NCBI GenBank assembly: GCA_001781095.1
Contig: MFKU01000005.1
Coordinates: 3,651-67,650 of the forward strand
Direction of reading: 5' to 3'
Length of the DNA: 64,000 nt
DNA from: Candidatus Kaiserbacteria bacterium RIFCSPHIGHO2_01_FULL_53_31
Lineage (GTDB): Bacteria; Patescibacteriota; Minisyncoccia; Phycocordibacterales; Phycocordibacteraceae
The notes below the pieces were generated by a model. That model ran no database searches. It had not been told where the DNA came from and saw only the letters and a list, made by a program, of their open reading frames with translations. Below are positions 37,023-46,904 of the stretch, piece by piece. Within the stretch, counting starts at the first letter, position 1; each line of letters starts with the position of its first letter. The position numbers and the translations under genes were made by a program.

Positions 37023-37859
37023 TCAAAAGCTGTACGCGAGCTTCACGATCGGGGTGACCCGTGCGAACTCCGTCAGCTTCACGCCCACGGTTACGCACCA
37101 ACCAGCGCCGAGCTCTTTCGTGAGATCGAGCTCGCCTCGCCATACGTGGCGGTGTTCCACTGCGCCGCCACCGTTAAGATTGGCGGCATGTGCAAGCTCG
37201 CCATGTCCTCTCAGCTCTCCGACGAGCGGCAAAGTGAAAGGAACGTCGAGCCGGATACCGGTACGCACGAAGTCGAGATCGATTTCGTCGATCCCAAACA
37301 GGTGGATATACCGTGCAAACGGCGCGATGCCGACGCGGCCCACCTGCAACTCCTTGCTAACCTCCCCGTACACCTCGAAGTAGTCGTCCGAGATGTCGTT
37401 GAGGCCTTTACCAAGGTCGAGCGCGAAGTACGCGGCATAGATCTCATAATTGACCTTTCCAACCGGTGTTTCCACCGAATTATCATAGGTCAGCTCGAGA
37501 TCCCACTCATCGCCGGGTCCTCGCTCGGCGTACTTCCCGTCGTCAGAAAGCTCGACCGAAGTCCAGACATCGACGGAGAAATGTCCGCAGCTCACCAAGA
37601 ACATATCCTGGTTCACCGGCTTGTTGCCCGAAGCCTCGAAGCCGAAATCCTGTAAAGGATACGACCCCTGAAACCCGAGCACTATCAATCGCGAGCAGCG
37701 GCCGTCAGCAGAGTGCAGAGTGTCGACCTGGTGGTCGTCACGTGGTCCCGCACCTTCAGAGACGGTTTGAGCTGAAGCGAAAAGTGGTTCATCGGCGAGC
37801 ACGACGCTCGCGGCGATAAATGTTGAAAGCAGAATTGTAAGGAACATGGCCATTTGCAT
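37023..37859 (-). CDS. outer-membrane beta-barrel-like protein (TorF/Gcw_chp-like pattern)
   Basis: Signal peptide ending VLA; amphipathic strands (EWDLELTY, YFEVYGEVS); ends VKLAYSF. Confidence 0.7.
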   Translation of the reverse strand: MQMAMFLTILLSTFIAASVVLADEPLFASAQTVSEGAGPRDDHQVDTLHSADGRCSRLIVLGFQGSYPLQDFGFEASGNKPVNQDMFLVSCGHFSVDVWTSVELSDDGKYAERGPGDEWDLELTYDNSVETPVGKVNYEIYAAYFALDLGKGLNDISDDYFEVYGEVSKELQVGRVGIAPFARYIHLFGIDEIDLDFVRTGIRLDVPFTLPLVGELRGHGELAHAANLNGGGAVEHRHVWRGELDLTKELGAGWCVTVGVKLTEFARVTPIVKLAYSF

Positions 37860-37983
37860 CCCCCTATCTTCATGTAGAAAACGGGCTGGTTGCGATTTGC
37901 ACCGTCTGTATTTATGATAGCATATTGACACATGATTGTCAATAGTTGTGAAATGTGCGGCAGTTGCGGGCTATAATTGACCC

Positions 37984-38703
37984 ATGCGACACCACGCGTT
38001 TGTCATTGAAGCTTCGGCAAACGAAGGGATTGAGATAGCTCAAAAATGGCTTGAAAGCGAACTCGGTTTACACGCAAAAGGCCCCTCGACAAGGCTCGGG
38101 GCAGGCAATCCTGACGTTGTCACCCTCCGGTACGGACTCTTCTCGGTCGCTGATGCACGGCGCGTGAACGAGATCGCCTCACAGGCGCCGATTTCTGGAA
38201 GTCAGAAAGCGATCATCATCGCAGCCTCTCGTGCATATCACGAGGCGCAAAACGCACTTCTGAAACTGTTCGAAGAGCCACCGGCTGGTACGTATTTATT
38301 TCTAATACTTCCATCCTTGGGTGGAATCCTGCCGACGCTGAGTTCACGCGTACAGGTTATAAAGCACGAAATCCGAAATACGAAATCAGGAAAAATCAAG
38401 AAGCACGAAATAAATCCGGCCGAAGAGTTTATGAAGGCGTCCAAGGAGAAGCGAAGTGCGATGATTAAGAAACTCGCGAGCGGCAAGGATGATGAACAAC
38501 GACGTGAACTTCGCGATGAGGCAATAGCCATCGTGGATGGTATTGAGGCTATTGCATACTCTCGCGGAGGTTTAACCTCCACGGATGCAACTGCACTACT
38601 GTCTGACGTTGCGACGCTGCGTGGATATCTCCATGATCGTAGTGCGCCCGTGCGCATGATCCTCGAGCATCTATCGCTCGTCATTCCAAAGAATTTGAGC
38701 TAA
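37984..38703 (+). CDS. holB: DNA polymerase III delta'-like subunit
   Basis: HHAFVI, NPD, EAQNALLKLFEEPP, ILPTLSSR. Confidence 0.85.
   Translation: MRHHAFVIEASANEGIEIAQKWLESELGLHAKGPSTRLGAGNPDVVTLRYGLFSVADARRVNEIASQAPISGSQKAIIIAASRAYHEAQNALLKLFEEPPAGTYLFLILPSLGGILPTLSSRVQVIKHEIRNTKSGKIKKHEINPAEEFMKASKEKRSAMIKKLASGKDDEQRRELRDEAIAIVDGIEAIAYSRGGLTSTDATALLSDVATLRGYLHDRSAPVRMILEHLSLVIPKNLS
38079..38106. repeat. in-frame REP-like hairpin insertion (encodes PSTRLGAG) in holB
   Basis: aggc-ccctcgacaaggctcggggc-aggc: 20 nt plus a duplicated 4-mer = 8 codons. Confidence 0.7.
38362..38411 (+). repeat. heptamer tandem repeat (CGAAATN) inside holB
   Basis: cacgaaatccgaaatacgaaatc; aagcacgaaat occurs twice (38362 and 38401). 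Confidence 0.6.
38563..38583. repeat. GGAGGT-TTA-ACCTCC palindrome inside holB
   Basis: cgcggaggtttaacctccacg; same AGGT-N3-ACCT core as in def. Confidence 0.65.
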
Positions 38704-38738
38704 ACTACAATCCACTACCTATCACCTAGAACCTATTT

Positions 38739-39290
38739 ATGGCATACGATTTTAAAAAATTGAAGCAGGTGATACGAGAGACCGAGGAGTGGCTCTCGCA
38801 CGAGCTCGCAGGTGTGCGTACCGGACGCGCAACGCCGACCTTACTCGATGCCGTGAAGCCCGAAGCGTACGGCACCCGCACAACACTCACGCAGCTCGCG
38901 TCCGTCTCGGTCGAAGACGCGCGAACGCTCCGTATCATCCCGTGGGATGCAACGCTCATGAAAACTATTGAAAAAGGAATTACCGATGCGAATCTAGGCG
39001 TGGGCATCTCCACTGACGGCCAAGGCCTCCGCGTTTCATTTCCTGAATTAACCTCGGAACGGCGCGTTCAGCTCTCAAAGATCGCGGGCGATAAAACCGA
39101 GCAGGCGCGCGTTACGCTGCGCCAGCATCGCACCGATGCACTCCATGAACTTGATGCTGCGCAAAAGGAGGGCGGCATGGGCGAGGACGAAGAAACACGA
39201 TTGAAGGCAGAGATACAGAAACAAATCGACGCAGGCAACGAGAAGCTCGCAGAATTGCTCAAGAAAAAAGAGGCGGAGATAGCCCTCTAA
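38739..39290 (+). CDS. frr: ribosome recycling factor
   Basis: RTGRATP, YG, PWD, PELTSERR, KKEAEI. Confidence 0.96.
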   Translation: MAYDFKKLKQVIRETEEWLSHELAGVRTGRATPTLLDAVKPEAYGTRTTLTQLASVSVEDARTLRIIPWDATLMKTIEKGITDANLGVGISTDGQGLRVSFPELTSERRVQLSKIAGDKTEQARVTLRQHRTDALHELDAAQKEGGMGEDEETRLKAEIQKQIDAGNEKLAELLKKKEAEIAL

Positions 39291-39302
39291 GTATCAGCTG
39301 AA

Positions 39303-40430
39303 ATGGAAATACTCATCTTCATTCTCGTCATCGTCGCACTTATTGTCGTGCACGAATTCGGACATTTCGTTGCGGCGAAGCTCTCGGGCATGCGCGTGGA
39401 TGAGTTCGGACTCGGCTATCCGCCGCGCGCCGCCACGATTGCGACCGTGGGCGAGACGCGCTATACGCTCAATTGGATCCCATTCGGCGGTTTCGTGAAG
39501 ATTTATGGCGAGGACGGATTAGAAAACGAGCAGCAAGCAGGAGGCGGGAATCAGCGAGCGTTTGCTAATCGCCCGCGAGTACTCCAAGCAATTGTTCTCA
39601 TTGCCGGCGTCGCGATGAACCTTCTCTTCGCGTATGCACTCATCACGGGGGCGCTCATCGCAGGAACTCCGCGCGCGCTAGCTCCCGACGATGTCGCGAC
39701 GGCAAGCCATGTCCAGCTCGCAGTCGCCGGCGTGTTGTCCAATTCTCCTGCAGCATTAGCGGGCATTATAGCCGGCGATACAATCACGAGCGCGGTCGAC
39801 AGTCACGGCGCCTGGCATCCCGGAACGGGTGATGACACTGCAGATCCCGAAAGCTTCACACAATTCGTGAGCCGGAGCGAGGGCGGTCCGCTCATACTTT
39901 CTGTTGTACATAACGGCGTGAACTCATCGCTTACCGCCATACCGGTACGAGGTATCGTGCCAGACGATCCGAGCCGCTACGCTCTCGGTGTCGAGGTCGC
40001 GACGATCGGTGTCATCCCGCTCTCCGTCGGCGAGGCCTTCGTCGAAGGCGCTCAACTCACTTGGGGCGCGACAAAACTTACCGCCGTCGGCTTGTGGCAA
40101 TTCTTCTCGAGCGTTTTCACCCTGACTGCAAATTTCTCGCAAGTCGCGGGTCCAGTGGGCATCGCCGGAGTCGTGGGGAGTGCATCGATGGAGGGTGTCG
40201 GCAGTCTGCTCTCGATTATGGCAATCATCTCTATCAATTTGGCAATCATCAATCTCATCCCCGTGCCCGCGCTCGACGGCGGGCGACTGCTGTTCGTCAT
40301 TATTGAAGGATTCATCCGCCGCCCAATCAGACCAAGGATAGCGCAGACAGTGAACAGCATTGGCTTCGCCTTTCTCGTCCTCCTTATGCTCGTCGTCACT
40401 GCGCACGACATCTTCAAAATTCTGGGATAA
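39303..40430 (+). CDS. rseP: site-2 protease RseP (M50, PDZ)
   Basis: HEFGH, PFGGFVK, AGVAMN, NLIPVPALDGG. Confidence 0.95.
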   Translation: MEILIFILVIVALIVVHEFGHFVAAKLSGMRVDEFGLGYPPRAATIATVGETRYTLNWIPFGGFVKIYGEDGLENEQQAGGGNQRAFANRPRVLQAIVLIAGVAMNLLFAYALITGALIAGTPRALAPDDVATASHVQLAVAGVLSNSPAALAGIIAGDTITSAVDSHGAWHPGTGDDTADPESFTQFVSRSEGGPLILSVVHNGVNSSLTAIPVRGIVPDDPSRYALGVEVATIGVIPLSVGEAFVEGAQLTWGATKLTAVGLWQFFSSVFTLTANFSQVAGPVGIAGVVGSASMEGVGSLLSIMAIISINLAIINLIPVPALDGGRLLFVIIEGFIRRPIRPRIAQTVNSIGFAFLVLLMLVVTAHDIFKILG

Positions 40431-40433
40431 TTG

Positions 40434-40462
40434 TAAACCGTAAGGCGACGCCTTACGGTTTA
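40434..40462. repeat. perfect 14-bp inverted repeat (terminator or REP-like)
   Basis: taaaccgtaaggcg-a-cgccttacggttta immediately after the rseP stop. Confidence 0.7.
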
Positions 40463-40542
40463 TTACTGAGTATTAAAACAAGAAGATCCTGCACTGCTGG
40501 AGTGCCGTACAGGCTCTCCTTTGGTTGCAGGATCGGGCGGAA

Positions 40543-40758
40543 TTACCTCTCGGTAAGAATCGAGAACTCGACAGTCGTGAGTTCTTGAAACGCCACGTGT
40601 TCGCGTGGACTAATGGGTGCCATGTGCAGTGGCGCTATTGAGAGGATATGATATCCCGACTTGGTCAATTTTTGTACGAACTGATTTAACTCATTGAAGA
40701 CTTGTTCTGAACTGCTGAAACCGTATTCGCTTTCAAATCGAAACAGCGTCTGTTCCAT
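40543..40758 (-). CDS. hypothetical protein (ORFan cassette)
   Basis: TTGACT-17-TATAGT promoter; AGGAGG SD; downstream gatcctgca/tgcaggatc stem. Confidence 0.7.
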   Translation of the reverse strand: MEQTLFRFESEYGFSSSEQVFNELNQFVQKLTKSGYHILSIAPLHMAPISPREHVAFQELTTVEFSILTER

Positions 40759-40859
40759 AGGAACCTCCTGTGCGTACTATATGACACTAGTATGTGATAG
40801 TCAATAGCTAGTTAAAAATTGCTTTTGCGGCGTGGATTCGTGGCGTATACTGCACCCAT

Positions 40860-42104
40860 ATGAGGCAATCCAAACTCTTCACCAAAACGCGGCGGGAGGC
40901 GCCGGCGGACGAGGTAGCAAAGAATGCTCAGCTGCTGGTTCGTGCGGGCTTCATCCATAAAGAAATGGCGGGAGTGTACGATTATCTTCCACTAGGTCTT
41001 CGCACCTTGAATAAGATCATCGGGATTATCCGCGAGGAGATCAATGCGATTGGCGGCGAGGAAGTCTTCTTAACAACTTTGCAAGACCCAGAAATCTGGA
41101 AGAAGAGCGGGCGCTGGGACGACGTAGTAGTCGACGTGTGGTTCAAGACACAGTTGAAGAATGGTAGCGACCTCGGACTCGCGAATACGCACGAGGAAGC
41201 GCTTACTGCTCTCATGACAGAACACATCGCGTCGTACAAGGATCTGCCGCGGCAGGTGTATCAATTCCAGACCAAGTTCCGTAACGAGACGCGTGCAAAA
41301 TCTGGCATCATGCGCACACGCGAGTTCATCATGAAAGATCTGTATTCCTTCTCGAAAGACGAAAAACAGCATGCAGAATTGTATGAAAAAGCTGCGCAAG
41401 CGTATGAAAAGATCTTTGCGCGTGTCGGCATTGGCGAGAAGACGTACCGCACATTCGCGTCGGGCGGCTCATTTAGTAAATATTCTCACGAATTCCAAAC
41501 GGTCTGCGATACTGGAGAAGACACTATTTATATCGATACTGATAAGCGTCTGGCTATTAATAAAGAAGTCTATGATGATCCAGAGGTATACGCGACTACC
41601 GGGATCGACAAGGCACAGTTGACGGAAGCGAAGGCAATCGAAGTTGGTAACATCTTCACGCTTAGTACGAAATATTCTGACGCGCTCGGGCTGACCTATA
41701 AAGACGCAGAGGGAATCGCTCTGCCGGTTTTTATGGGCAGTTATGGCATTGGGCCGGGGCGTGTGATGGGCACCATTGTCGAACTTCTTTCAGATGACAA
41801 GGGTCTCGTGTGGCCCGCGAGCGTGTCACCCTTTACATATCATCTCGTGTCGCTTGGACATAACGGCGATGATATCTCAAAAACTGCCGATGAACTCTAC
41901 GAAGACATGTTCAAAGAGGGAATTGAGGTCCTCTATGACGACCGCGAGCTCTCGGCAGGGCAAAAATTTGCGGATAGTGATCTCATTGGCATATCCAAGC
42001 GCATAGTGGTTGGTCGCGAGGCAGTCGCGTCAGATATTTTTGAAGTCGTTGATCGCGCGACGGGATCAACCGTGAAAACGCCCCGCACGGAACTGCTGTC
42101 ATAG
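40860..42104 (+). CDS. proS: prolyl-tRNA synthetase (short form, no editing insertion)
   Basis: LPLG, THEE, KFRNE.R...GIMRTREF.MKD, IEVGNIF, MGSYGIG. Confidence 0.96.
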   Translation: MRQSKLFTKTRREAPADEVAKNAQLLVRAGFIHKEMAGVYDYLPLGLRTLNKIIGIIREEINAIGGEEVFLTTLQDPEIWKKSGRWDDVVVDVWFKTQLKNGSDLGLANTHEEALTALMTEHIASYKDLPRQVYQFQTKFRNETRAKSGIMRTREFIMKDLYSFSKDEKQHAELYEKAAQAYEKIFARVGIGEKTYRTFASGGSFSKYSHEFQTVCDTGEDTIYIDTDKRLAINKEVYDDPEVYATTGIDKAQLTEAKAIEVGNIFTLSTKYSDALGLTYKDAEGIALPVFMGSYGIGPGRVMGTIVELLSDDKGLVWPASVSPFTYHLVSLGHNGDDISKTADELYEDMFKEGIEVLYDDRELSAGQKFADSDLIGISKRIVVGREAVASDIFEVVDRATGSTVKTPRTELLS

Positions 42105-42111
42105 ATGATGT

Positions 42112-43164
42112 ATGGCGAAGTTTTCGAGAAATTCATTTTTCAGCACCGACATCGCCATTGATCTCGGGACATCGCACACCCTTGTCTATGTGCGCGGGCG
42201 CGGCGTTGTTATTAATGAACCCTCCGTTGTCGCAATCAATGACAAGACGAATCAGGTTGTCGCGATAGGTCAAGCGGCGAAGACGATGCTGGGTAAAACG
42301 CCCGCGCACATTCGCACTGTGCGACCGCTGTCGCACGGAGTGATTTCTGATTTTGAGGTAACCGAGGAGCTACTCACCTATTTCATCAACAAAGCGCAGG
42401 GAGGTCGTGCACGGCTCTTCGGCCCGCGAATTGTGATCGGCGTGCCGACGGGCGTGACGAATGTGCAGAGTCGCGCGGTGCGCGATGCTGCGAAGAACGC
42501 GGGCGCGCGCGAAGCGATAATCATTGAGGAACCGGTTGCCGGCGCAATTGGTGCGAAGTTGCCAGTCTCCGAGGCAGTCGGCACCATGGTGCTCGATATC
42601 GGCGGCGGGACGACCGATATAGCGGTCATCGCGCTCGGGGGCACGGTCGCCGCGAAAAGCTCGCAGGTGGCCGGCGATCGTTTCAATGAGAATATCATCG
42701 ATTTCGTACGCAACGAGTTCAAGCTCGGCATTGGTGAACGCACGGCTGAAGAGGTGAAAATAGCGATCGGCGCTGTTATGCCGCTTTCGGAGTCGCTCTC
42801 GCGAAGCGTACGTGGCCGCGACTTCGCGATGGGCCTGCCGAGAGAGATTGTGCTTACCGATGCACACATTCGCGACGCCATTACACCGTCGCTCGACGCG
42901 CTCATGGATGCAATGAAGGAAGTCATTGAAGCCACGCCGCCCGAACTTCTCTCCGATGTGCTCGAGCGCGGCGTAACCGTTTTCGGCGGAGGCGCGCTCC
43001 TGCGCGGCCTACCGCACGTGCTCGCGAAAATGCTCGGCGTACCAATCAAGGTCGCGCCGGATCCTCTGACTACGGTCGTACGCGGAGCGGGTATTGTTAC
43101 GGAAAATCCCTCGCCATACGTGGATTTCTTTATCGATGAAGAAGACATTCTTAGCGAAGCGTAA
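42112..43164 (+). CDS. mreB: rod-shape protein MreB
   Basis: IDLGT, EPSVVA, DIGGGTTD, GGGALL; first gene of mreBCD-pbp2. Confidence 0.95.
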   Translation: MAKFSRNSFFSTDIAIDLGTSHTLVYVRGRGVVINEPSVVAINDKTNQVVAIGQAAKTMLGKTPAHIRTVRPLSHGVISDFEVTEELLTYFINKAQGGRARLFGPRIVIGVPTGVTNVQSRAVRDAAKNAGAREAIIIEEPVAGAIGAKLPVSEAVGTMVLDIGGGTTDIAVIALGGTVAAKSSQVAGDRFNENIIDFVRNEFKLGIGERTAEEVKIAIGAVMPLSESLSRSVRGRDFAMGLPREIVLTDAHIRDAITPSLDALMDAMKEVIEATPPELLSDVLERGVTVFGGGALLRGLPHVLAKMLGVPIKVAPDPLTTVVRGAGIVTENPSPYVDFFIDEEDILSEA

Positions 43165-43975
43165 CGCACTGCTCGCGTTTTCGAATCTATCGTGGGGCGC
43201 TGTCGCGCTTCTCGTAGCCCTCGTCGTGCTCGCCCTACGGCTTATCGCTCCAAATATGTTCTGGAAAATATCGTCGCCCGTTTTCGGCGCGGCGGACACG
43301 CTTGCGAGTGCAAGCCACACGCTGCTTTCCGGATTTAATGACACGGCGGCTCTTGCGATCAGAAATGAACAGCTCGCAGAGCAGAACAATGCATTGTCGC
43401 TAGAGAATCAGGCGTTGCAACAGAAAGTAACGGGCCTACTGTTACTGCTGGGTAGAGAGAAGACGGGTGGGACCGAGTCGGGCATTCTCGCGAGGGTCGT
43501 CGCGCGTCCGCCGACGAGTCCATATGATACCCTTCTTCTCGCCGCGGGAACGAACATAGGCATCACAGAGGGAATGGGAGTCTTTGGTGCGGGCGGCGTT
43601 CTTCTCGGCAGCATTGAAGCAACATCAGCCGATTATTCGCAAGCAGTCCTTTTATCTGCTCCAGGCGTGCGCAGCGACGCCTGGAGCGGACGCAATAACG
43701 TTCCGATTACTCTCCTTGGTGCAGGCGGAGGAGCCGTGAATGCCTCGGTCGCGCGCTCCGCAGACATCGTGGAGGGCGATGCAATTTTCATATCAGGACC
43801 AGGGACACTTCCCATTGGTTTCGTTACGCGTATTGATAGTAATCCATCTTCACCGTCGGTTACCCTTCGCATCACGCCTGCGCTCAATCTGTTTTCGCTC
43901 ACCTGGATAAGTGTGCGTGCGACAGGAGCGACCTCGCTCATTTCAATTCCTGTAGCGACCTCGACAATTCCATGA
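43136..43975 (+). CDS. mreC: rod-shape protein MreC
   Basis: TM, coiled coil (LENQAL), ARVVARP..YD, G....G.I; gene order. Confidence 0.88.
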   Translation: MKKTFLAKRNALLAFSNLSWGAVALLVALVVLALRLIAPNMFWKISSPVFGAADTLASASHTLLSGFNDTAALAIRNEQLAEQNNALSLENQALQQKVTGLLLLLGREKTGGTESGILARVVARPPTSPYDTLLLAAGTNIGITEGMGVFGAGGVLLGSIEATSADYSQAVLLSAPGVRSDAWSGRNNVPITLLGAGGGAVNASVARSADIVEGDAIFISGPGTLPIGFVTRIDSNPSSPSVTLRITPALNLFSLTWISVRATGATSLISIPVATSTIP

Positions 43976-44226
43976 TGCGCGGTATCGTGACAATTTTAAC
44001 GTTTGTATCGGTCGTGCTATTTCCATGGCCGCTCTCTGCGTTTGTCGCGCTCATTGCAGGGGTTTCAGAGCCACTCGTACCGCTTGCGGCGGGCTTATTT
44101 GCGGACACTCTCTATTACATGCCGCAGTCTGGCGCATGGCCACTCTTCACTCTTTCAGGAGCAGTGGTGACTATCATCGCAGCAATCGTGCATGACCGGC
44201 TCCGGACGAGTAGAATTGGTGGATGA
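43972..44226 (+). CDS. short MreD-like membrane protein
   Basis: Hydrophobic 84 aa with G.FAD; lies between mreC and pbp2. Confidence 0.6.
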   Translation: MMRGIVTILTFVSVVLFPWPLSAFVALIAGVSEPLVPLAAGLFADTLYYMPQSGAWPLFTLSGAVVTIIAAIVHDRLRTSRIGG

Positions 44227-45959
44227 GATGGTTCCACAGGGCTCACCATGCATGGAGGCGCAGGCGACAGTCAAATCGGGAGATTGCTCCAGATGAGATA
44301 TTTCTGGATGTATCGAATGCGCCCGCGTTTGATCGCGATCGTTTCGAGGGCAGAATCGAGAAGCCGCTCTCGCGCGGGACATTCATTTCTCTCTCCAGTG
44401 TGCTTGGACTTCTTGTTGTCATACTTATAGTGCGAGCCGGCGATCTCCAAGTGATGCGCGGTGCTTCCTTTGCAGACGAAAGCATGAACAATAGTCTCGA
44501 AGCGGCGACACTGTTCGCACCGCGCGGCATTATCGTGGATAGGAACGGCGTTGTTCTGGCCGAGAATGTTGAGAGGGAAGACGGAAGTATGGGGCGCCGT
44601 TACCCTATGCCGTCCATGGGTCAGATCATCGGATACGTGTCCAATCCCAGGAAGGACTCGAGCGGTAAATATTACGATACGAGCCAGACAGGACTCGCCG
44701 GACTTGAGGCGCAGTATGACGGACTTCTCACGGGCGTAAACGGCAGGGTGCTTACGGAGAAGGATGTACGCGGGCAGGTTCGATCAGAGGGAACCATCGT
44801 ACCGTCAAAGGAGGGCGAGACCTTGCGGCTCGCGATTGACGCGGATCTTGAGCGATTCCTCGCGAGCGCTATTGGCGAGACGGCAAGCAGCCAAGGGTTC
44901 ATCGCGGGGGCAGGCGTTATTATGGACGTTACGAACGGCGAGGTAGTCGCGATTGTATCGTACCCGAGTTACGACCCAGGCGTGATGTCGAGCGGCGAGC
45001 CAGCTGAAACAATCGCTGGGTACAATACGAGCGCAGGGTATCCATTCCTCGACCACGCGGTCCAGGGTGTGTACGTTCCAGGATCGGTCGTAAAGCCATT
45101 CATAGCTTCGGGAGCACTTACCGATGGGCTCATTAGCCCTGATACCGTTATCGACGACCCGGGGTTCCTGTCACTGCCGGATCCATATCATCCGGGTGAA
45201 AAATTCATATATAAAGGATGGCGCGCGCTCGGCCCGGTCGATGTGCGGAAGGCGATCTCGTGGTCATCGGACGTTTTCTTCTATACGGTTGGTGGGGGTT
45301 TCGGAAATCAGAAAGGTCTTGGTATTGATCGACTTGATTATTGGTATCGACAATATGGCCTCGGCAGTTTGACGGAGATTGATCTGCCCGGCGAGGCGAC
45401 TGGACGCATACCGACACCAGAGTGGAAGAAGACGACCTTTAATGAACCGTGGTATCTCGGTGATACGTATTTCACCGCGATCGGACAGTATTCAACGCAG
45501 GTGACTCCGATACAAATGGCTCGAGCTACAGGTGCCGTGGCAAATGGCGGGAAGCTCTTCACGCCAACGGTACGCGCGGGGCAGCCGTCAACATACGCAC
45601 TTGTGCCCGTGAGTGCTGACGCACTTGCGGTCGTGCGCGAAGGCATGCGTGCAAGCGTAACGAACAGTCCGCTGGCGGGCCTCCTCAATTTCTCCTATGT
45701 CGCCGTCGCGGCGAAGACGGGTACGGCACAGACCGGCACACGCAACCAATTCGACAATTCATGGGTCGAAGGATTTTTTCCCTATGAGAATCCGCGGTAT
45801 GCATTCGCTGTAGTGCTCGAACGCGGTCCTGCTGGAGCAGGCGAGCAATCGGTGAATGTCATGCGCAGATTTTTCGACCTGCTCCGCGAGCAGAATTCAG
45901 TCTATGTCGGCGGGAACAGTGCGTCTGTGAGCAGAAGCGCATCAACGACGCCTCGCTAG
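44223..45959 (+). CDS. mrdA: penicillin-binding protein 2
   Basis: APRG.I.DRNG, PGSVVK (SxxK), SSD (SxN variant), KTGT. Confidence 0.94.
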   Translation: MRWFHRAHHAWRRRRQSNREIAPDEIFLDVSNAPAFDRDRFEGRIEKPLSRGTFISLSSVLGLLVVILIVRAGDLQVMRGASFADESMNNSLEAATLFAPRGIIVDRNGVVLAENVEREDGSMGRRYPMPSMGQIIGYVSNPRKDSSGKYYDTSQTGLAGLEAQYDGLLTGVNGRVLTEKDVRGQVRSEGTIVPSKEGETLRLAIDADLERFLASAIGETASSQGFIAGAGVIMDVTNGEVVAIVSYPSYDPGVMSSGEPAETIAGYNTSAGYPFLDHAVQGVYVPGSVVKPFIASGALTDGLISPDTVIDDPGFLSLPDPYHPGEKFIYKGWRALGPVDVRKAISWSSDVFFYTVGGGFGNQKGLGIDRLDYWYRQYGLGSLTEIDLPGEATGRIPTPEWKKTTFNEPWYLGDTYFTAIGQYSTQVTPIQMARATGAVANGGKLFTPTVRAGQPSTYALVPVSADALAVVREGMRASVTNSPLAGLLNFSYVAVAAKTGTAQTGTRNQFDNSWVEGFFPYENPRYAFAVVLERGPAGAGEQSVNVMRRFFDLLREQNSVYVGGNSASVSRSASTTPR

Positions 45960-46007
45960 GTATAGAAATGGTGAAGCGGCCCCGTTTTTTATGCGGGACC
46001 GCCGTGT

Positions 46008-46715
46008 TTATGCTGTGCAGATGACGCAGGGCTTGCGCCTGTGCACATTGCGTCTGAACTGCAGAATGAGGGACGCGAGTGTACGATTGAGGACAATCGT
46101 TCCGTGGCCGTTGGCGAATCGACGTACAGGTCGTGCTCCGAGAGCCAATGTTGAAGCTCGTGGAACGATGCGGTCAGTGCTCGAATGGACGGAGAGCAGC
46201 GGTACAGTCTGACCACCGTCCTTCTTGCATTTGAGGCATTTTGCGATCACATCCATTCGCCAGCTCTTGTTCATATCGATTCCGAGCATCGCGTGCGCTT
46301 TAGCTGCAAGCGGTATGAGTACCAGCGGCGAAGCAAGCGAGACAGTGGGAATGCCGGTCGCGAAGTGGGTGTGGTAGCCAACATCTCCGCCGTAGGAATG
46401 TCCGACGATGAGCGAGATTTCGTGACGGTTACAGAACGTCGTAAGGATTTCCACGTTCTCCTGCATGTCGCCGAAATTGTACTGATGCCAGGTAAGCGGA
46501 TGGTCGAATATCTGACACCCGAGGTTCTCAAGTCGCGTCTTGAGCGGCACGTACAGTCGCGTATGCTGCGGCGCACAGAATCCTGGCAAAAAAAGCACTC
46601 GGACGATTTTGCCATTGTGCTGTTTCTTTCGAGCAGGACTGGAGCTGGATAACATTGCTTGCATAACGTCCCCAAGATCCTTTACCGCCCCCAAAAAGTA
46701 TTGAAGAACTTCCAT
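46008..46715 (-). CDS. alpha/beta hydrolase
   Basis: LPGF, GHSYGG nucleophile elbow, D.IVP, GH; TAAGGAGGT SD. Confidence 0.85.
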   Translation of the reverse strand: MEVLQYFLGAVKDLGDVMQAMLSSSSPARKKQHNGKIVRVLFLPGFCAPQHTRLYVPLKTRLENLGCQIFDHPLTWHQYNFGDMQENVEILTTFCNRHEISLIVGHSYGGDVGYHTHFATGIPTVSLASPLVLIPLAAKAHAMLGIDMNKSWRMDVIAKCLKCKKDGGQTVPLLSVHSSTDRIVPRASTLALGARPVRRFANGHGTIVLNRTLASLILQFRRNVHRRKPCVICTA

Positions 46716-46904
46716 GGAATACCTCCTTATAGACGTTAGTTGTCTGATGAGATTTCCCAGTCTGAGCTCAACAATAGCAGGTCTCAGATATAGGGCTCAG
46801 GATGGGGTGCGTAACCGGTCACTTGACAGATATAGGCATGTATGATAGGATATTGACGGAAGCGGTCATTCGGAGAATCCGAGCCGCTAGGTGAGGAGGA
46901 AGTA

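Noticed and set aside
37924-37943. Palindrome ATTGACA-N6-TGTCAAT as an operator
   Set aside because: Adequately explained by opposed -35 hexamers between divergent genes; no regulator nearby.
42378-43169. Long antisense ORFs (also 57378..58400, 36747..37655, 23233..23994)
   Set aside because: They lie opposite well-supported genes, lack motifs, and are expected from codon bias.
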